A stretch of DNA of 64,000 bases from an uncultured delta proteobacterium (GCA_963806225.1 CAWDXG010000004.1:1120001-1184000); one strand, 5' to 3'. Shown: positions 11,804 through 23,503, counted from the first letter of the stretch. Notes: generated by a model from the sequence alone, not told the origin. A program made the numbers and translations.

Positions 11804-11807
<4 letters not shown>
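10497..11807 (-). CDS. larC: Nickel insertase LarC (NPN cofactor) with His-rich N-terminus
   Basis: SGIAGDM, HFHEVGAVDAIVDIVG, HGVLPLPAPAT, ELVTPTGAA, EANVDD, MKKGRP, KPEFD; GTG 11807 overlaps larB stop. Confidence 0.92.
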
Positions 11808-12577
<770 letters not shown>

Positions 12578-12665
12578 CGCCGATGATGTACCGGGATCCC
12601 GGCGCCTGGACAAGCTGCGCGGAGGGCACTTCCGCCGGGACCGGCTTCGTGGTTGTGTCCAGACC

Positions 12666-13214
12666 GTGCCGGCCCCCACCGCACCACTCCTCGGGTTCGT
12701 GCTCGGCGTCGCCTTCGCCTGGGCTGCTGCGGACGAGCTGGCCCGCGCCGGTGGCATGGGGACGACAAGCCGCTCCATGGTCGTGGTGACGTTGTTCAGC
12801 CTGCTGGTCTTCAGCCCGATCGCCGCGTACTTCCTGGCGTTCGCGCCGGACTGGTCCTACGCCTACGTCGTCGATCCGCAGCGGTTGCCCAGCGCGGTCG
12901 ACCTGGGCCTGGTCCTGCTCGACGTGGCCAGCGTACCCGCCGGCTTCGCTCTCGCGGCCCGGCGTGCCGGCCAACGCAGGCTCGGGCCACTCGTGAAGCT
13001 GGCGGCGGCGCCGGCACTGGGCGCGCTCTTGATCCTGGTGGCCGGTTTCCAGCGACTGGCGGTCCAGGGCACCTTCGCCCAGTTCCACGGCGACTTCGGA
13101 ACCCGGTCGGTCGCCGGCAGCCCGCTCGGCTATTCGCTGCTCTGGATGGCCGCCGTACTGGCCGGAGGCGTCCTCTGGACAGCCCGCTCCCTGCGCCGGA
13201 TCAGCAACTCGTGA
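12666..13214 (+). CDS. Hypothetical integral membrane protein (about 5 TM)
   Basis: 182 aa with several hydrophobic segments; FAPDWSYAY. Confidence 0.65.
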   Translation: MPAPTAPLLGFVLGVAFAWAAADELARAGGMGTTSRSMVVVTLFSLLVFSPIAAYFLAFAPDWSYAYVVDPQRLPSAVDLGLVLLDVASVPAGFALAARRAGQRRLGPLVKLAAAPALGALLILVAGFQRLAVQGTFAQFHGDFGTRSVAGSPLGYSLLWMAAVLAGGVLWTARSLRRISNS

Positions 13215-13305
13215 CGCAGTCGGAGCCCGACGCCGCGAGTTCCTTGCCCGGGCGGGATCCGGGTTGTTGACGGCGGGCTTCCGAGGCGACAGGTTGAGCC
13301 CCCAA

Positions 13306-14670
13306 ATGGCGGACGACGAAACGAAGGAGCTGGTCGACCTGGCCAGCCGCGTGGTGGAAGCGGCGAAGAAGGCCGGCGCCGACGTGGCCGAGGCGAGCGC
13401 CCGCTCGGGCTGGGAGCTCAGCGCCAAGGTGCGCCTCGGCGAGGTCGAGCTGGTGGAAGAGGCGGGGACGCGAGGCGTCTCGCTGCGCGTGATGAAGGAC
13501 CAGTCCGTCGCCCTGACCGCCACCAGCGATCTGACGGAGGCAGGCCTCGAGCGCTGCGTGGCGGATGCGCTCATGCTCGCAGAGCTGAGCGAGCCGGACC
13601 CCTACGCCGGCCCTGCCGACCCGGCACTGCTCGCCAGCGCTCCACACCCCGATCTCGAACTGTACGACCCGGCCGTCGAACGGGTCGACGCCGACGAGGC
13701 CATCGCCCGCGCACGCAAGGGCGAGCGCGCGGCGCTCGACTTCGACAAGCGGCTCGAGCTCAGCGAGGGGGCCACGTTCTCGCGCACCGCCTCGACCAGC
13801 GCCCTGGTTCTATCGAGTGGCTTCACCGGTGCTCTCAGCGGCTCGTACGCGTCTCTGGTGGTCTCGCCGGTGGTCGAGGACGAGGGCGGGAAGCGACGCA
13901 GGGGCCACTACTGGACAGCCCGCCGCCATCTCGACGAGCTCGACAGCGAAGCGTCCGTCGGCGAGGAGGCCGCGCGCCGCACGCTGGCCAAGCTGGGCGC
14001 GCGCAAGGTGCCGACCTGCGAAGTCCCGGTGGTGTTCGACCCCGACGTGGCAAGGTCGCTGGTCGGCACGCTGGCCGGCTGTATTCTCGGAGGCGCCATC
14101 TGGCGCAAGTCGAGCTATCTGGCAGAGCGCGAAGGCAGCGAGATCGCGAGCCCGCTCGTCACGATCATCGACGATCCTCTGATCCCGCGGGCACCCGGCT
14201 CCCGGCCGTTCGACGGCGAGGGACTGCGCTCGCGCCAAAACCAGGTCGTCAAGGCCGGCGTACTGGAAACCTTCCTGCTCGACAGCTACGCCGCCCGCAA
14301 ACTGGGGCGCGAGACCACCGCCAGCGCCGGACGCGGCGGAGGCTCGGTCGCCTCGACGACCAGCAACTTCGTGCTGCAGCCGGGCCAGCAGACGCGCGAC
14401 GAGATCATCGCGTCCACGAAGCGGGGCCTGTACGTGACGGACATGATGGGCTTCGGCTTCAATGCCATCACCGGCGACTACTCGCGCGGGGCGAGCGGTT
14501 TCTGGATCGAGGACGGCAAGCTCGCCTATCCGGTAAGCGAGATCACCGTGTCGTCCAACCTCGACAGCATGCTCAAGGGCATCGACGCGGTCGGCGACGA
14601 TCTGGATCTGAAGACCTCGACCGCCGCGCCGACCCTGCGCGTCCGCTCGATGACGCTCGCCGGGACCTGA
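13306..14670 (+). CDS. pmbA: TldE/PmbA-family protein
   Basis: DDPLIPRAPGSRPFDGEG, TGDYSRGASGFWIEDGKLAYPVSEIT; no HExxxH, so the non-catalytic TldE type. Confidence 0.88.
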   Translation: MADDETKELVDLASRVVEAAKKAGADVAEASARSGWELSAKVRLGEVELVEEAGTRGVSLRVMKDQSVALTATSDLTEAGLERCVADALMLAELSEPDPYAGPADPALLASAPHPDLELYDPAVERVDADEAIARARKGERAALDFDKRLELSEGATFSRTASTSALVLSSGFTGALSGSYASLVVSPVVEDEGGKRRRGHYWTARRHLDELDSEASVGEEAARRTLAKLGARKVPTCEVPVVFDPDVARSLVGTLAGCILGGAIWRKSSYLAEREGSEIASPLVTIIDDPLIPRAPGSRPFDGEGLRSRQNQVVKAGVLETFLLDSYAARKLGRETTASAGRGGGSVASTTSNFVLQPGQQTRDEIIASTKRGLYVTDMMGFGFNAITGDYSRGASGFWIEDGKLAYPVSEITVSSNLDSMLKGIDAVGDDLDLKTSTAAPTLRVRSMTLAGT

Positions 14671-14683
14671 GCGACCTCGACGC

Positions 14684-16177
14684 TCACTCGGCGAGCCGGT
14701 TGGGTGCGCCGGGCGAGGCGCCCTTGCCCGCGGACAGCCCGAACGAGCGCGGGGCGTCGTCCAGCGACCACGGATGCCGGCGCGCGACGCTGATGCCGGC
14801 CTTGGGCTTCGGCACGGCCGGGAAGCGCGACATCACGCGACCCGACGCATCGTCGAGCTCCAGCGGCTCGCCCGCGTTGGACAGGCCGTGACTCCCGATC
14901 GCCGGAACGCGCAGCAGCGCGAGCCCGGGCGGCGGCGCAGGGTCCAGCCCGTCGTCCCGCACGAAGTCCTCGCGCACGACCAACACGAAAGCCTGTGGCT
15001 CGATCACGTGCGCCGGCAGCAAGCTCCCGCCGCCGATATCCGACAGCGTCCAGCCGTCGAGGTCGACCGCAGTGGTGCCGTCGTTGACGAGCTCGACCCA
15101 CTCCTCCGTCGGCTCGGGGCCGAGCGGATTGGCGAGCACCTCGTTGACCACGACGTGCGGCCGGGCCCCGAACGTCGACAGCTGGAAGCTCGAGTGCAGC
15201 TCGTGCCCGCCCACGTCGAGCGTGGTCATCTCGAGCGGCTGGGTCGCCGACACCGCGAGTCCGCGCACGACGAAGCGCGCGGCGGCGGCGGCCCCCCGCA
15301 GCGTCACCGCGCCCGGCGTCACGATCGCCCAGAACAGCGGGGCCGAGGGCGTCCTGACGACGAGGCGGTCGTCTTCCACCTCCGCACAGCCGGGACCGAA
15401 GTGGAACTCCCCAGCGGAGCAGTCCGGCGGCGCGGGCGAAGCCACACTTCGGTTTTCGAGCGGTGCCGGGTCCAGCGCAATGTCGCTGGCGCGAGGCGGC
15501 GGCATGAAGGTGCCGCCATCGGGCAGCGCACCGGACGACAGGTGCACGCACGCGCCCCGGCCGACGCCGGCGCTGCCGACGCCGGGCGCCATGCGCGCGG
15601 GGATGTGGCCTGGCGATAGCTCCACGTCCGCCGCGGCCGTCGGCGCGCCGCTGTCGGCGCAATAGACGGCGTGGCGCGCTCCGCCTCCCGCGTCCGGCGG
15701 CGGCCACACGCGACCGAAAAGCGGCAGCGCGCCGGCTTCGCGGATGCGCACGGTGGCGACGAGCCCGAGGTCCGGTGAAGCGAGGCTGTACATGCCGCCA
15801 GCAGCGAGCGGCACCGTCGGGGCCAGCACCAGCACGCCGCCGTCGGCCTCGGCCCATGCCATCGACGGTACGCGGCGCTCGAGCAGGGTCTTCGGGAGAT
15901 CCTGCTTCTCGATGCGGCGCAGGTGGTAGCTGTCGAGCGCTCCCTGGTACAGGCCGAGTGCCGAGGCGGACCCGGGCGTGCCCGGCGGCAGCTCGACCCT
16001 CAACCGCAGCACCCGCGGAGCCGCAGAAGGCGAGGCGTCGGGCTCGAGCGCGACCGCCACCGCAGCGTCCACACCGGCATCCCCGCCCGGACGCACAGGC
16101 GGGTCGGGGAGCGGAGCGCGGCAGCGGCTTGCCGCAACGAGGATCAGAACCACGAACAGAAGGGCCAGAGCGCGCAT
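14684..16177 (-). CDS. Exported lamin-tail-domain (LTD) protein
   Basis: Signal peptide; VVVNEVLANPLGPEPTEEWVELVNDGTTAVDLDGWTLSD, GLSNAGE, GASPGAPN. Confidence 0.75.
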   Translation of the reverse strand: MRALALLFVVLILVAASRCRAPLPDPPVRPGGDAGVDAAVAVALEPDASPSAAPRVLRLRVELPPGTPGSASALGLYQGALDSYHLRRIEKQDLPKTLLERRVPSMAWAEADGGVLVLAPTVPLAAGGMYSLASPDLGLVATVRIREAGALPLFGRVWPPPDAGGGARHAVYCADSGAPTAAADVELSPGHIPARMAPGVGSAGVGRGACVHLSSGALPDGGTFMPPPRASDIALDPAPLENRSVASPAPPDCSAGEFHFGPGCAEVEDDRLVVRTPSAPLFWAIVTPGAVTLRGAAAAARFVVRGLAVSATQPLEMTTLDVGGHELHSSFQLSTFGARPHVVVNEVLANPLGPEPTEEWVELVNDGTTAVDLDGWTLSDIGGGSLLPAHVIEPQAFVLVVREDFVRDDGLDPAPPPGLALLRVPAIGSHGLSNAGEPLELDDASGRVMSRFPAVPKPKAGISVARRHPWSLDDAPRSFGLSAGKGASPGAPNRLAE

Positions 16178-16228
16178 GCCGCCCGCATCGGCCAGGAGCC
16201 GACCCGGGTTGCGTGCTACCGTCGCCGC

Positions 16229-16585
16229 GTGCTGCCCCAGGACATCAAGAACCTCCGCGAGGAGCTCTCATGCACAGCCCGCGAGCTGGCCGATACGCTG
16301 CAGATCGACCAGCTGACCGTGCTCGCCTGGGAGAAGGGCGAGCTGTTTCCGACCCGGCGATTCGTGAAGCAGATGGAGGCGCTCCAGAAGCAGGGCCCCG
16401 ACTCGATCGTGCGCATCAAACGCGGCCGATCGAAGAAGAAGACCGGGATGGCACGGCTCGACGACCCGAAGCTCTGGGAGCTCGTGCGCAAGCTGGTTGA
16501 GCATCCCGAGCTGTTCGATCAGGTCGTCAAGCTGGCCGATCACTTCGACGACCCGGCGCACCCGTCGAAGGCCGACGGCGCGTAG
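16229..16585 (+). CDS. XRE-family helix-turn-helix protein
   Basis: IKNLREELSCTARELADTLQIDQLTVLAWEKGELFP. Confidence 0.75.
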   Translation: MLPQDIKNLREELSCTARELADTLQIDQLTVLAWEKGELFPTRRFVKQMEALQKQGPDSIVRIKRGRSKKKTGMARLDDPKLWELVRKLVEHPELFDQVVKLADHFDDPAHPSKADGA

Positions 16586-16591
16586 CGTCGC

Positions 16592-17628
<1,037 letters not shown>

Positions 17629-17629
<1 letters not shown>

Positions 17630-18685
17630 CAGTCCGGTTCCGTCTCCGCCTGCTCTCCGCTTCCGGATTCGTCGCCGCCAGCCTGCTCTCCGATTCCGGA
17701 TTCGTCGCCGCCAGCCTGCTCTCCGATTCCGGATTCGTCGCCGCCAGCCTGCTCTCCGCTTCCGGATTCGTCGCCGCCAGCCTGCTCTCCGCTTCCGGAT
17801 TCGTCGCCGCCAGCCTGCTCTCCGATTCCGGATTCGTCGCCGCCAGCCTGCTCTCCGCTTCCGGATTCGTCCGTGACCGCGAACTCGACCAGGATCGGCT
17901 CCAGGGGCGCGTCCTGGTACAGGCGCGTCAGACGCAGGCGCGTCATCTCGAGCAGGGCGAGGAACGTCACGATCAGGTCCCCACGACTTCGTAGCCCCCT
18001 CGAACAGCTCGTCGAACCATGCGCGAGGTCGCCGCCTCAGCAGATCCGTCAGCTCGTTGATGCGGTCGGTGATGGAGAAGCGCTCGAGATCGATCTCGTG
18101 GTCGACGGTCGTCTTCGCGCGGTCGAGCACCGACTGGAACGCGTCCAGCAGCTTGAACAGCGAGAGCTGCGCGAGTGGCGCCGGTCCGTCGACGCTCGGC
18201 GCCGAGATGCCGCGCAGGAACACGTCGCGACCGAGCACGCTGCGATCGCCGAGCTGCCCGGCTGCATCCTTGTACTTCTGGTACTCGAGCAACCGCCGCA
18301 CCAGCTCCGCGCGCGGATCCATTTCCGCTTCGGCGTCGGCGTCTTCCTGATCCTCCGGCGGCGTCGGCAGGAGCATCTTCGACTTGATGTGCGCGAGCGT
18401 CGCCGCCATCACCAGATACTCGCTGGCTACATCGATGTTCAGCTCCTGCATGAGCTTGATGTACTCGACGTACTTTTCCGTGATGAACGCGATGGGGATG
18501 TCGCGGATGTCGATCTCGTGCTCCTGGATGAGATGCAGGAGCAGGTCGAGCGGGCCCTCGAACGTGGGCAGCTTCACCCGCCATCCGGGCTCTCCGGCAG
18601 ACTCCGCCGCGGGGGCGCCGGCGGGTGCAACAGCAGGCGCATTGGTGGCCGTCTGTTCGCCGTCCCGGTCGGGCGCATCGCTCAT
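17629..18685 (-). CDS. scpA: Segregation/condensation kleisin ScpA (frameshift near 17990)
   Basis: FEGPLDLLLHLI, SEYLVMAATLAHIKSKMLLP, DPRAELVRRLLEYQKYK; winged-helix TFLALLEM in the next frame. Confidence 0.92.
17648..17871 (-). repeat. 33-bp tandem repeat, about 7 copies, encoding DESG(S/I)GEQAGG at the ScpA C-terminus
   Basis: Unit gcctgctctccg(c/a)ttccggattcgtcgccgcca, head-to-tail with no spacers. Confidence 0.92.
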
Positions 18686-18919
18686 ACGACGCCCTCCCGC
18701 GCCGGGTTCGGCACGATCGAAAGCGCACGGGACAAGCACATCGACATCGAATCAGGCCTGGAAACGGCGGCGGCAGCCCGGCCACCGGAACAGGGGCGGG
18801 AGCCTAGCAGCTCAGGCCCCCGAGGTGCGCTCCGGGATCGCCCTCCCGCGCGTTTCCGGCCAGGAGTCCGCCCGGCCCACGGGATTCACCCATCGGCCGC
18901 GCGTGCTAGCTTTCCGTCG

Positions 18920-21016
18920 ATGAGCGAGCCGCGGCGCGTCTGCTCGAGGTGCGGGGAGAGCTACGACCCGGACGTCATCTTCTGCCCGAAGGACGGCACC
19001 CCGCTCGGCGCGCGCCGCACCGAGCTCAGCGACGATCCGTATCTCGACCTGACGGTCGCCGGGCAGTTCCGGATCCAGCAGCTGATCGGCATCGGCGCGA
19101 TGGGACGCGTGTACCGCGCGCACCAGAAGGGCATCGAACGCGACGTCGCGATCAAGATCCTGCACCGCGAGCTCTTGCGCAATCCGACGGTCACCGCGCG
19201 CTTCCAACGCGAAGCGAAGGTGGCCAGCCGGCTGATGCACCCGAACGTGGTGCAGGTACTGATGACCGGCGAGCTCGAGAAGCAGAACGGCGACATCGGC
19301 GGCGAGGGCTACATCGTGATGGAGCACCTCGACGGCATCTCGCTGCGTTCGGCGCTGGCTGCCGCCGGCGGTGCGATGCCGCTGCCGCGCGCCCTGCACG
19401 TCGTCCTGCAGGTCTGCGACGCGGTCGGCGAAGCGCATGCCCAGGGCATCGTGCACCGTGACCTCAAGCCAGAGAACGTGATGCTGGTCCGCCGCGGCGA
19501 CGACCGCGACTTCGTCAAGGTGCTCGATTTCGGCGTAGCGCGCATCGACTGGGCGGACAATTCGGTCGCCACCCAGGCCGGCGTCATCTTCGGCACCGCG
19601 CGCTACATCTCGCCCGAAGGCGCCCAGGGCGCGCGCGTCGGTGCGGCGGGCGACGTGTACTCGATCGCCACGATGCTGTTCCAGTGTCTGTCGGGCACAA
19701 CCCCGTTCGACGGCGAGAACCCCGTCGCCATCCTGATCAAGCACACGAACGAGACGCCACCCGACGTGCGCTCGATCGCACGATCGAGCTACGTCCCGGA
19801 ACCGCTCGCGCGGGTGGTCGCCGCGAATCTGGCCAAGGACCCCGGCGATCGCTGCCGCGACGCCCGCGAGCTCGGACGCGCGCTGATCGATGCGGCGCGC
19901 GACTGCGGGCTCAATCCCTCCGACCTGGTGCGCTCCACCCTGCTCGGCGACTCGCAGCGCGCGCTCGATCTCGCCAGCATCGAGCGCACCCGCTCGCTCG
20001 GCCTTACCCCGGAGCTGGCCGCGAAGATGGCCGGCAGCGGCGGTACGCAGGTGCTCGATCCGGACAACGCGGCCACGCAAGTGGCCGAGCCGCCGCTCCA
20101 CGACAGCGCGCCGCCCGCGGAAGCCACGCGGCGTTCGGCCCCCGACACCGCACTGGATGCCGAGCCCGCCGCCGGCCGCCGCTCCAACGTGGAGCCCACG
20201 CTCGCCGACGAGCCTGCCGAGCTCATGTCATCGCCGCGAAGCTCGGCGCCACCGTCGGCGCCGCGCGCTTCGGCTCCCCCGTCGGCGCTGGGTTCGACGG
20301 CTCCTCCCGCCTCGGTGCCGCCGGGTTCCTCGCCGGGCTTCGAGCGGCTGTCGTCCCCGGCGTCGTTCAGGGACTCGCTGTCCAGCCTGCCGGAACACGC
20401 CCTCCCCGAGGCGCCGGGCTCGCGCCTGCGGCGGGCGCTTCTCGTCGCGGCGTTCTTCCTGCTCGGCGGCGGGCTGGCGCTCTTGATCGCGAGCCGGCTG
20501 GGCGCGTTCGACAAGCATGAGCCCACGCTCGAAAGCTACGCCGAGCGCGCGCGCGCTGCGGCGCTCGCCAGCGCCTGGGACTCGCCCCCCGGCGAGAACG
20601 TGAAAGACATCACCGACGCGGCGCTGCAGCGCTGGCCGCACGCGTCCAGCATCCGCCGCGTGCGGCAGGACAGCGCGCGCACGTTGACCGGGCGTGCACG
20701 GGATCTGTCGGACTCGGACCGCTCGCGCGCGCTCGCCCTGGTCAAGCTGGCGCTCGAGCTGGATCCGACCAACAGCGCTGCCCGCAGCCTGATGGGAACG
20801 CTCGATGGCAGCTTGGAGCAGAGCCCGCCGGAGAGCGCCAGTGCCCCGGCGCAGGCAAGCTCCGCCTCGCCTCCTCGCCCCCGGCACCACCCGGCGCACG
20901 CCAAACGGCCGACAGTGACACCGAAGGCTTCCCCTGCGGTCAAGGCCCCGTCGGATGCCGGGGCCAAGCCGCCCGCACCCGCACCCACTCCCTCGACCGG
21001 AGGCCGCTGGCTATGA
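18920..21016 (+). CDS. Membrane Ser/Thr protein kinase (N-terminal Zn ribbon, TM, periplasmic helical and Pro-rich region)
   Basis: CSRCG..FCPKDG; IGIGAMGRVY, VAIK, HRDLKPEN, VKVLDFG, GTARYISPE. Confidence 0.93.
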   Translation: MSEPRRVCSRCGESYDPDVIFCPKDGTPLGARRTELSDDPYLDLTVAGQFRIQQLIGIGAMGRVYRAHQKGIERDVAIKILHRELLRNPTVTARFQREAKVASRLMHPNVVQVLMTGELEKQNGDIGGEGYIVMEHLDGISLRSALAAAGGAMPLPRALHVVLQVCDAVGEAHAQGIVHRDLKPENVMLVRRGDDRDFVKVLDFGVARIDWADNSVATQAGVIFGTARYISPEGAQGARVGAAGDVYSIATMLFQCLSGTTPFDGENPVAILIKHTNETPPDVRSIARSSYVPEPLARVVAANLAKDPGDRCRDARELGRALIDAARDCGLNPSDLVRSTLLGDSQRALDLASIERTRSLGLTPELAAKMAGSGGTQVLDPDNAATQVAEPPLHDSAPPAEATRRSAPDTALDAEPAAGRRSNVEPTLADEPAELMSSPRSSAPPSAPRASAPPSALGSTAPPASVPPGSSPGFERLSSPASFRDSLSSLPEHALPEAPGSRLRRALLVAAFFLLGGGLALLIASRLGAFDKHEPTLESYAERARAAALASAWDSPPGENVKDITDAALQRWPHASSIRRVRQDSARTLTGRARDLSDSDRSRALALVKLALELDPTNSAARSLMGTLDGSLEQSPPESASAPAQASSASPPRPRHHPAHAKRPTVTPKASPAVKAPSDAGAKPPAPAPTPSTGGRWL

Positions 21017-21807
21017 ACGGACAGCGCGTGCTCGGCGTATCGGCGGCGCTGGTTCTGGCGCTGGGCGCCGCATCGGCTCGGGCGCAGACCGACACCACCT
21101 CCGCCAACGTCCAGCTCGAGGACAGCGGCAGCGCGTCCGCGGAACTCCAGCCCGCCGACGGCAGCGCCACGCTCATCCCGGAGAGGGCCGCGTACCGCAG
21201 CACGGGCATGGCCGAGCTCGGGCTGGGTTGGCTGGTGCTGCCCGGCGCGAAGGTGTGCAGCGCACGCACGCAGAACAGCTGCAAGAACGGAGACTCGAGC
21301 CCCATGATCGAGGTCTGGCCACTGGTCAGGCCGACACCCGACTTTGCAGTCGGCGCCGGGGTCAGCCTGGGGCTTATCCCGACCACGGACGCGCCGCGCC
21401 AGGATCCCCCCGGCGTGGACCGCAGTCACAGCCGCGGCTACCTCACTGTGGAAGGCATCGGACGCTACTACGCCATCGCGGGCGAGCACGTGGAGGCGTG
21501 GGCCGGGCTCACGGTCGGCTTCGTCGCGGTCAGCGACACGTTCCAGTCGAAGAATGGACTCACCGACAAGGCGCTCGTCGGCCCGCGCGGCGTCACCATC
21601 CGGACCGAGGGCTACACGATCGGCGTCGCCCTCGGCGGTTCGTACCGCCTGTCGTCCCACTGGTCCGTCGGTACAACGCTGCGCTACGGCGCCTGGCTTC
21701 TGCCCAAGAAGCCCGCCACCGATCCCCTCGGCGACGAGGCGTCGCTGGTCGGGCGGAACAGCATGTTCAGCCTGAGCCTGAACGTGGCCTACCGGATTCC
21801 GCTGTAG
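21013..21807 (+). CDS. Exported protein, probable outer-membrane beta-barrel
   Basis: Signal peptide ending ARA-Q; amphipathic strands; C-terminal FSLSLNVAYRIPL; ATGA overlap with kinase. Confidence 0.65.
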   Translation: MNGQRVLGVSAALVLALGAASARAQTDTTSANVQLEDSGSASAELQPADGSATLIPERAAYRSTGMAELGLGWLVLPGAKVCSARTQNSCKNGDSSPMIEVWPLVRPTPDFAVGAGVSLGLIPTTDAPRQDPPGVDRSHSRGYLTVEGIGRYYAIAGEHVEAWAGLTVGFVAVSDTFQSKNGLTDKALVGPRGVTIRTEGYTIGVALGGSYRLSSHWSVGTTLRYGAWLLPKKPATDPLGDEASLVGRNSMFSLSLNVAYRIPL

Positions 21808-21815
21808 ACCCCGGC

Positions 21816-22553
21816 CTACGGCACGCTGTGCGCGTACATCGCGAGCAGCCCGGCGATGCGGTTGAACACGATCGCGGCGACGCCGAGGATCGCGAGGGAT
21901 CGTAGCGGCCAGAGCAGCGGCTGGATGAAGGCGGGGCTGGCGGCGCGCGCTACGAGCGCACCGCCCACCTCCACGACGATCGACGCCGCCAGCACCGGCG
22001 CAGCGACGGCGACCGCGAGCTCGATGCCGTGCGCCAGATCGATCGCGGCCCGCGCCAGCGGAGCGTGGAAGGCGAGCCCCGGCGCGGCCAGTGCCTCGGC
22101 CATGCGCGCCGGCCCGCCGCTCTCGAGAAACGCGATCGCGACCAGCATCGACAGCAGCACGCCCACCGGCGTCCCTCCCTGCTCGACGGTCGGCAGATCC
22201 GCGCGCTCGCGGCCGCCGCGCAGATTGTCGATCACGCCGCCAGTCATCGTCGCGGCCCACAACGCGCCCGCGGCGGTCAGCGCGACCGGCAGTCCCTTCG
22301 CGGCCTCCACCAGAAGCAGCGCTGGCCAGGGCATCGAGCCGGCCGCGACCGGAGCCAGGGCGGGCGCGATGCCGGCAGCCATGGCCAGACCGAGCGCGAT
22401 CCGCGCCGGACCCGGGATCGCCCTGAGCCCGAACGCCGGGACCAGCGCGATGCTGGGAGCCACGCGTGCCCACGCCAACCCCCACGCGCGGAGGTCGATA
22501 CCGCCTAGCTCGAGGGCGTCAGTGAGCGTCCGCAGAAGGCCCGGCGCGTGCAT
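21816..22553 (-). CDS. Type III export-gate protein, SctT/FliR family
   Basis: LAWARVAPSIALVPAFG..PARIAL; EAAKG; GGVIDNLRG; FLESGG; AAPVLAASIVVE..LVARAA..PLR. Confidence 0.78.
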   Translation of the reverse strand: MHAPGLLRTLTDALELGGIDLRAWGLAWARVAPSIALVPAFGLRAIPGPARIALGLAMAAGIAPALAPVAAGSMPWPALLLVEAAKGLPVALTAAGALWAATMTGGVIDNLRGGRERADLPTVEQGGTPVGVLLSMLVAIAFLESGGPARMAEALAAPGLAFHAPLARAAIDLAHGIELAVAVAAPVLAASIVVEVGGALVARAASPAFIQPLLWPLRSLAILGVAAIVFNRIAGLLAMYAHSVP

Positions 22554-22601
22554 CAGCGCGCCTCGCGATCGCCTGCGGAAGGCAGGTCCGGGACCCTGTC
22601 G

Positions 22602-22630
22602 TTGACTTGCCGCTCCCGCACCACTAACGC
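22602..22630 (+). promoter_or_regulatory. Putative sigma70 promoter of the MaoC gene
   Basis: TTGACT-N17-TAACGC, then AAGGAGG RBS before ATG 22657. Confidence 0.45.
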
Positions 22631-22656
22631 TTCTCCCGCCCCGCAAGGAGGATGCG

Positions 22657-23499
22657 ATGAGCCTCGATCTTTCGGCTGTCGGATACAAGACCGAAACCTA
22701 CGATTTCAAGTACGACTGGAAGACCGTTGCGCTCTACGCGCTCGGCATCGGCGCGAAGAAAGCCGAGCTCGACTACGTGTACGAGGCGCGGGGACCGAAG
22801 GTCTTCCCGACCTTCGCGGTAGCGCCGGCGTATCCCCTGGTCGGCGACATGCTCGGCAAGACGCAGGGCAACCTCGCCATGGTCGTGCACGGCGGCCAGC
22901 TGATCCGCATGCACCGGCCCATCCCTTCCGAAGGCACGCTGAGGACCACCGGCACGGTGGTCGGCATCTATGACATGAAGAAGATGGCGCAGGTGGTGCT
23001 CGAGACGAAGACCGAGGTCAACGGCGAGCCCTGCTTCGACACGGTCTGGTCGATCCTGTTCCGCGGCGCCGGCGGCTTCGGCGGCGCACCGCCCCCCAAG
23101 GCGGACATCGTCAAGCGCCCGGACGGCAAACAGCCCGACTGGACCCACGAGGAGCCCACAGCGCCCGAGCAGGCGCTTCTGTACCGCCTTTCTGGCGACC
23201 TCAACCCGCTGCACGCCGATCCCGATTTCGCCAAGATGGTCGGCTTCTCCCAGGGTCCGATCCTCCACGGTCTGTGCACCTACGGATTCGTGGGACGCGC
23301 CATCATCCAGCAAGCGTGCGGCGGGGACGGGAACAAACTGAAGAGCTTCCACGCTCAGTTCCGCAAGCCGGTGTGGCCGGGCGAGAGCATCCGCACGGTC
23401 GGCTACGACCTCGGAGGCGGAAAGGTCGCCGTCGAGGCGTACGCCGCCGATCGTCCCGAGCCGGTGATCACCAACGCCTGGGCAGAGATCGGGAGCTAG
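22657..23499 (+). CDS. MaoC-type double hot-dog (R)-enoyl-CoA hydratase
   Basis: LYALGIG, VFPTF, VVHGGQ, LYRLSGDLNPLHADP, PILHGLCTYG. Confidence 0.92.
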   Translation: MSLDLSAVGYKTETYDFKYDWKTVALYALGIGAKKAELDYVYEARGPKVFPTFAVAPAYPLVGDMLGKTQGNLAMVVHGGQLIRMHRPIPSEGTLRTTGTVVGIYDMKKMAQVVLETKTEVNGEPCFDTVWSILFRGAGGFGGAPPPKADIVKRPDGKQPDWTHEEPTAPEQALLYRLSGDLNPLHADPDFAKMVGFSQGPILHGLCTYGFVGRAIIQQACGGDGNKLKSFHAQFRKPVWPGESIRTVGYDLGGGKVAVEAYAADRPEPVITNAWAEIGS

Positions 23500-23503
23500 A
23501 ACC

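Noticed and set aside
13306..14670. RiPP cluster suggested by TldE/PmbA
   Set aside because: No TldD, precursor peptide or modifying enzymes adjacent
16229..16585. XRE protein as antitoxin or prophage repressor
   Set aside because: No toxin partner, integrase or phage genes nearby
17648..17871. 33-bp repeats of CRISPR-like length
   Set aside because: Head-to-tail with no spacers, in frame within scpA, no cas genes
18755..18861. SRP (4.5S) RNA
   Set aside because: AGCAGC and TCAGG occur in the wrong order and no GGAA tetraloop lies between them
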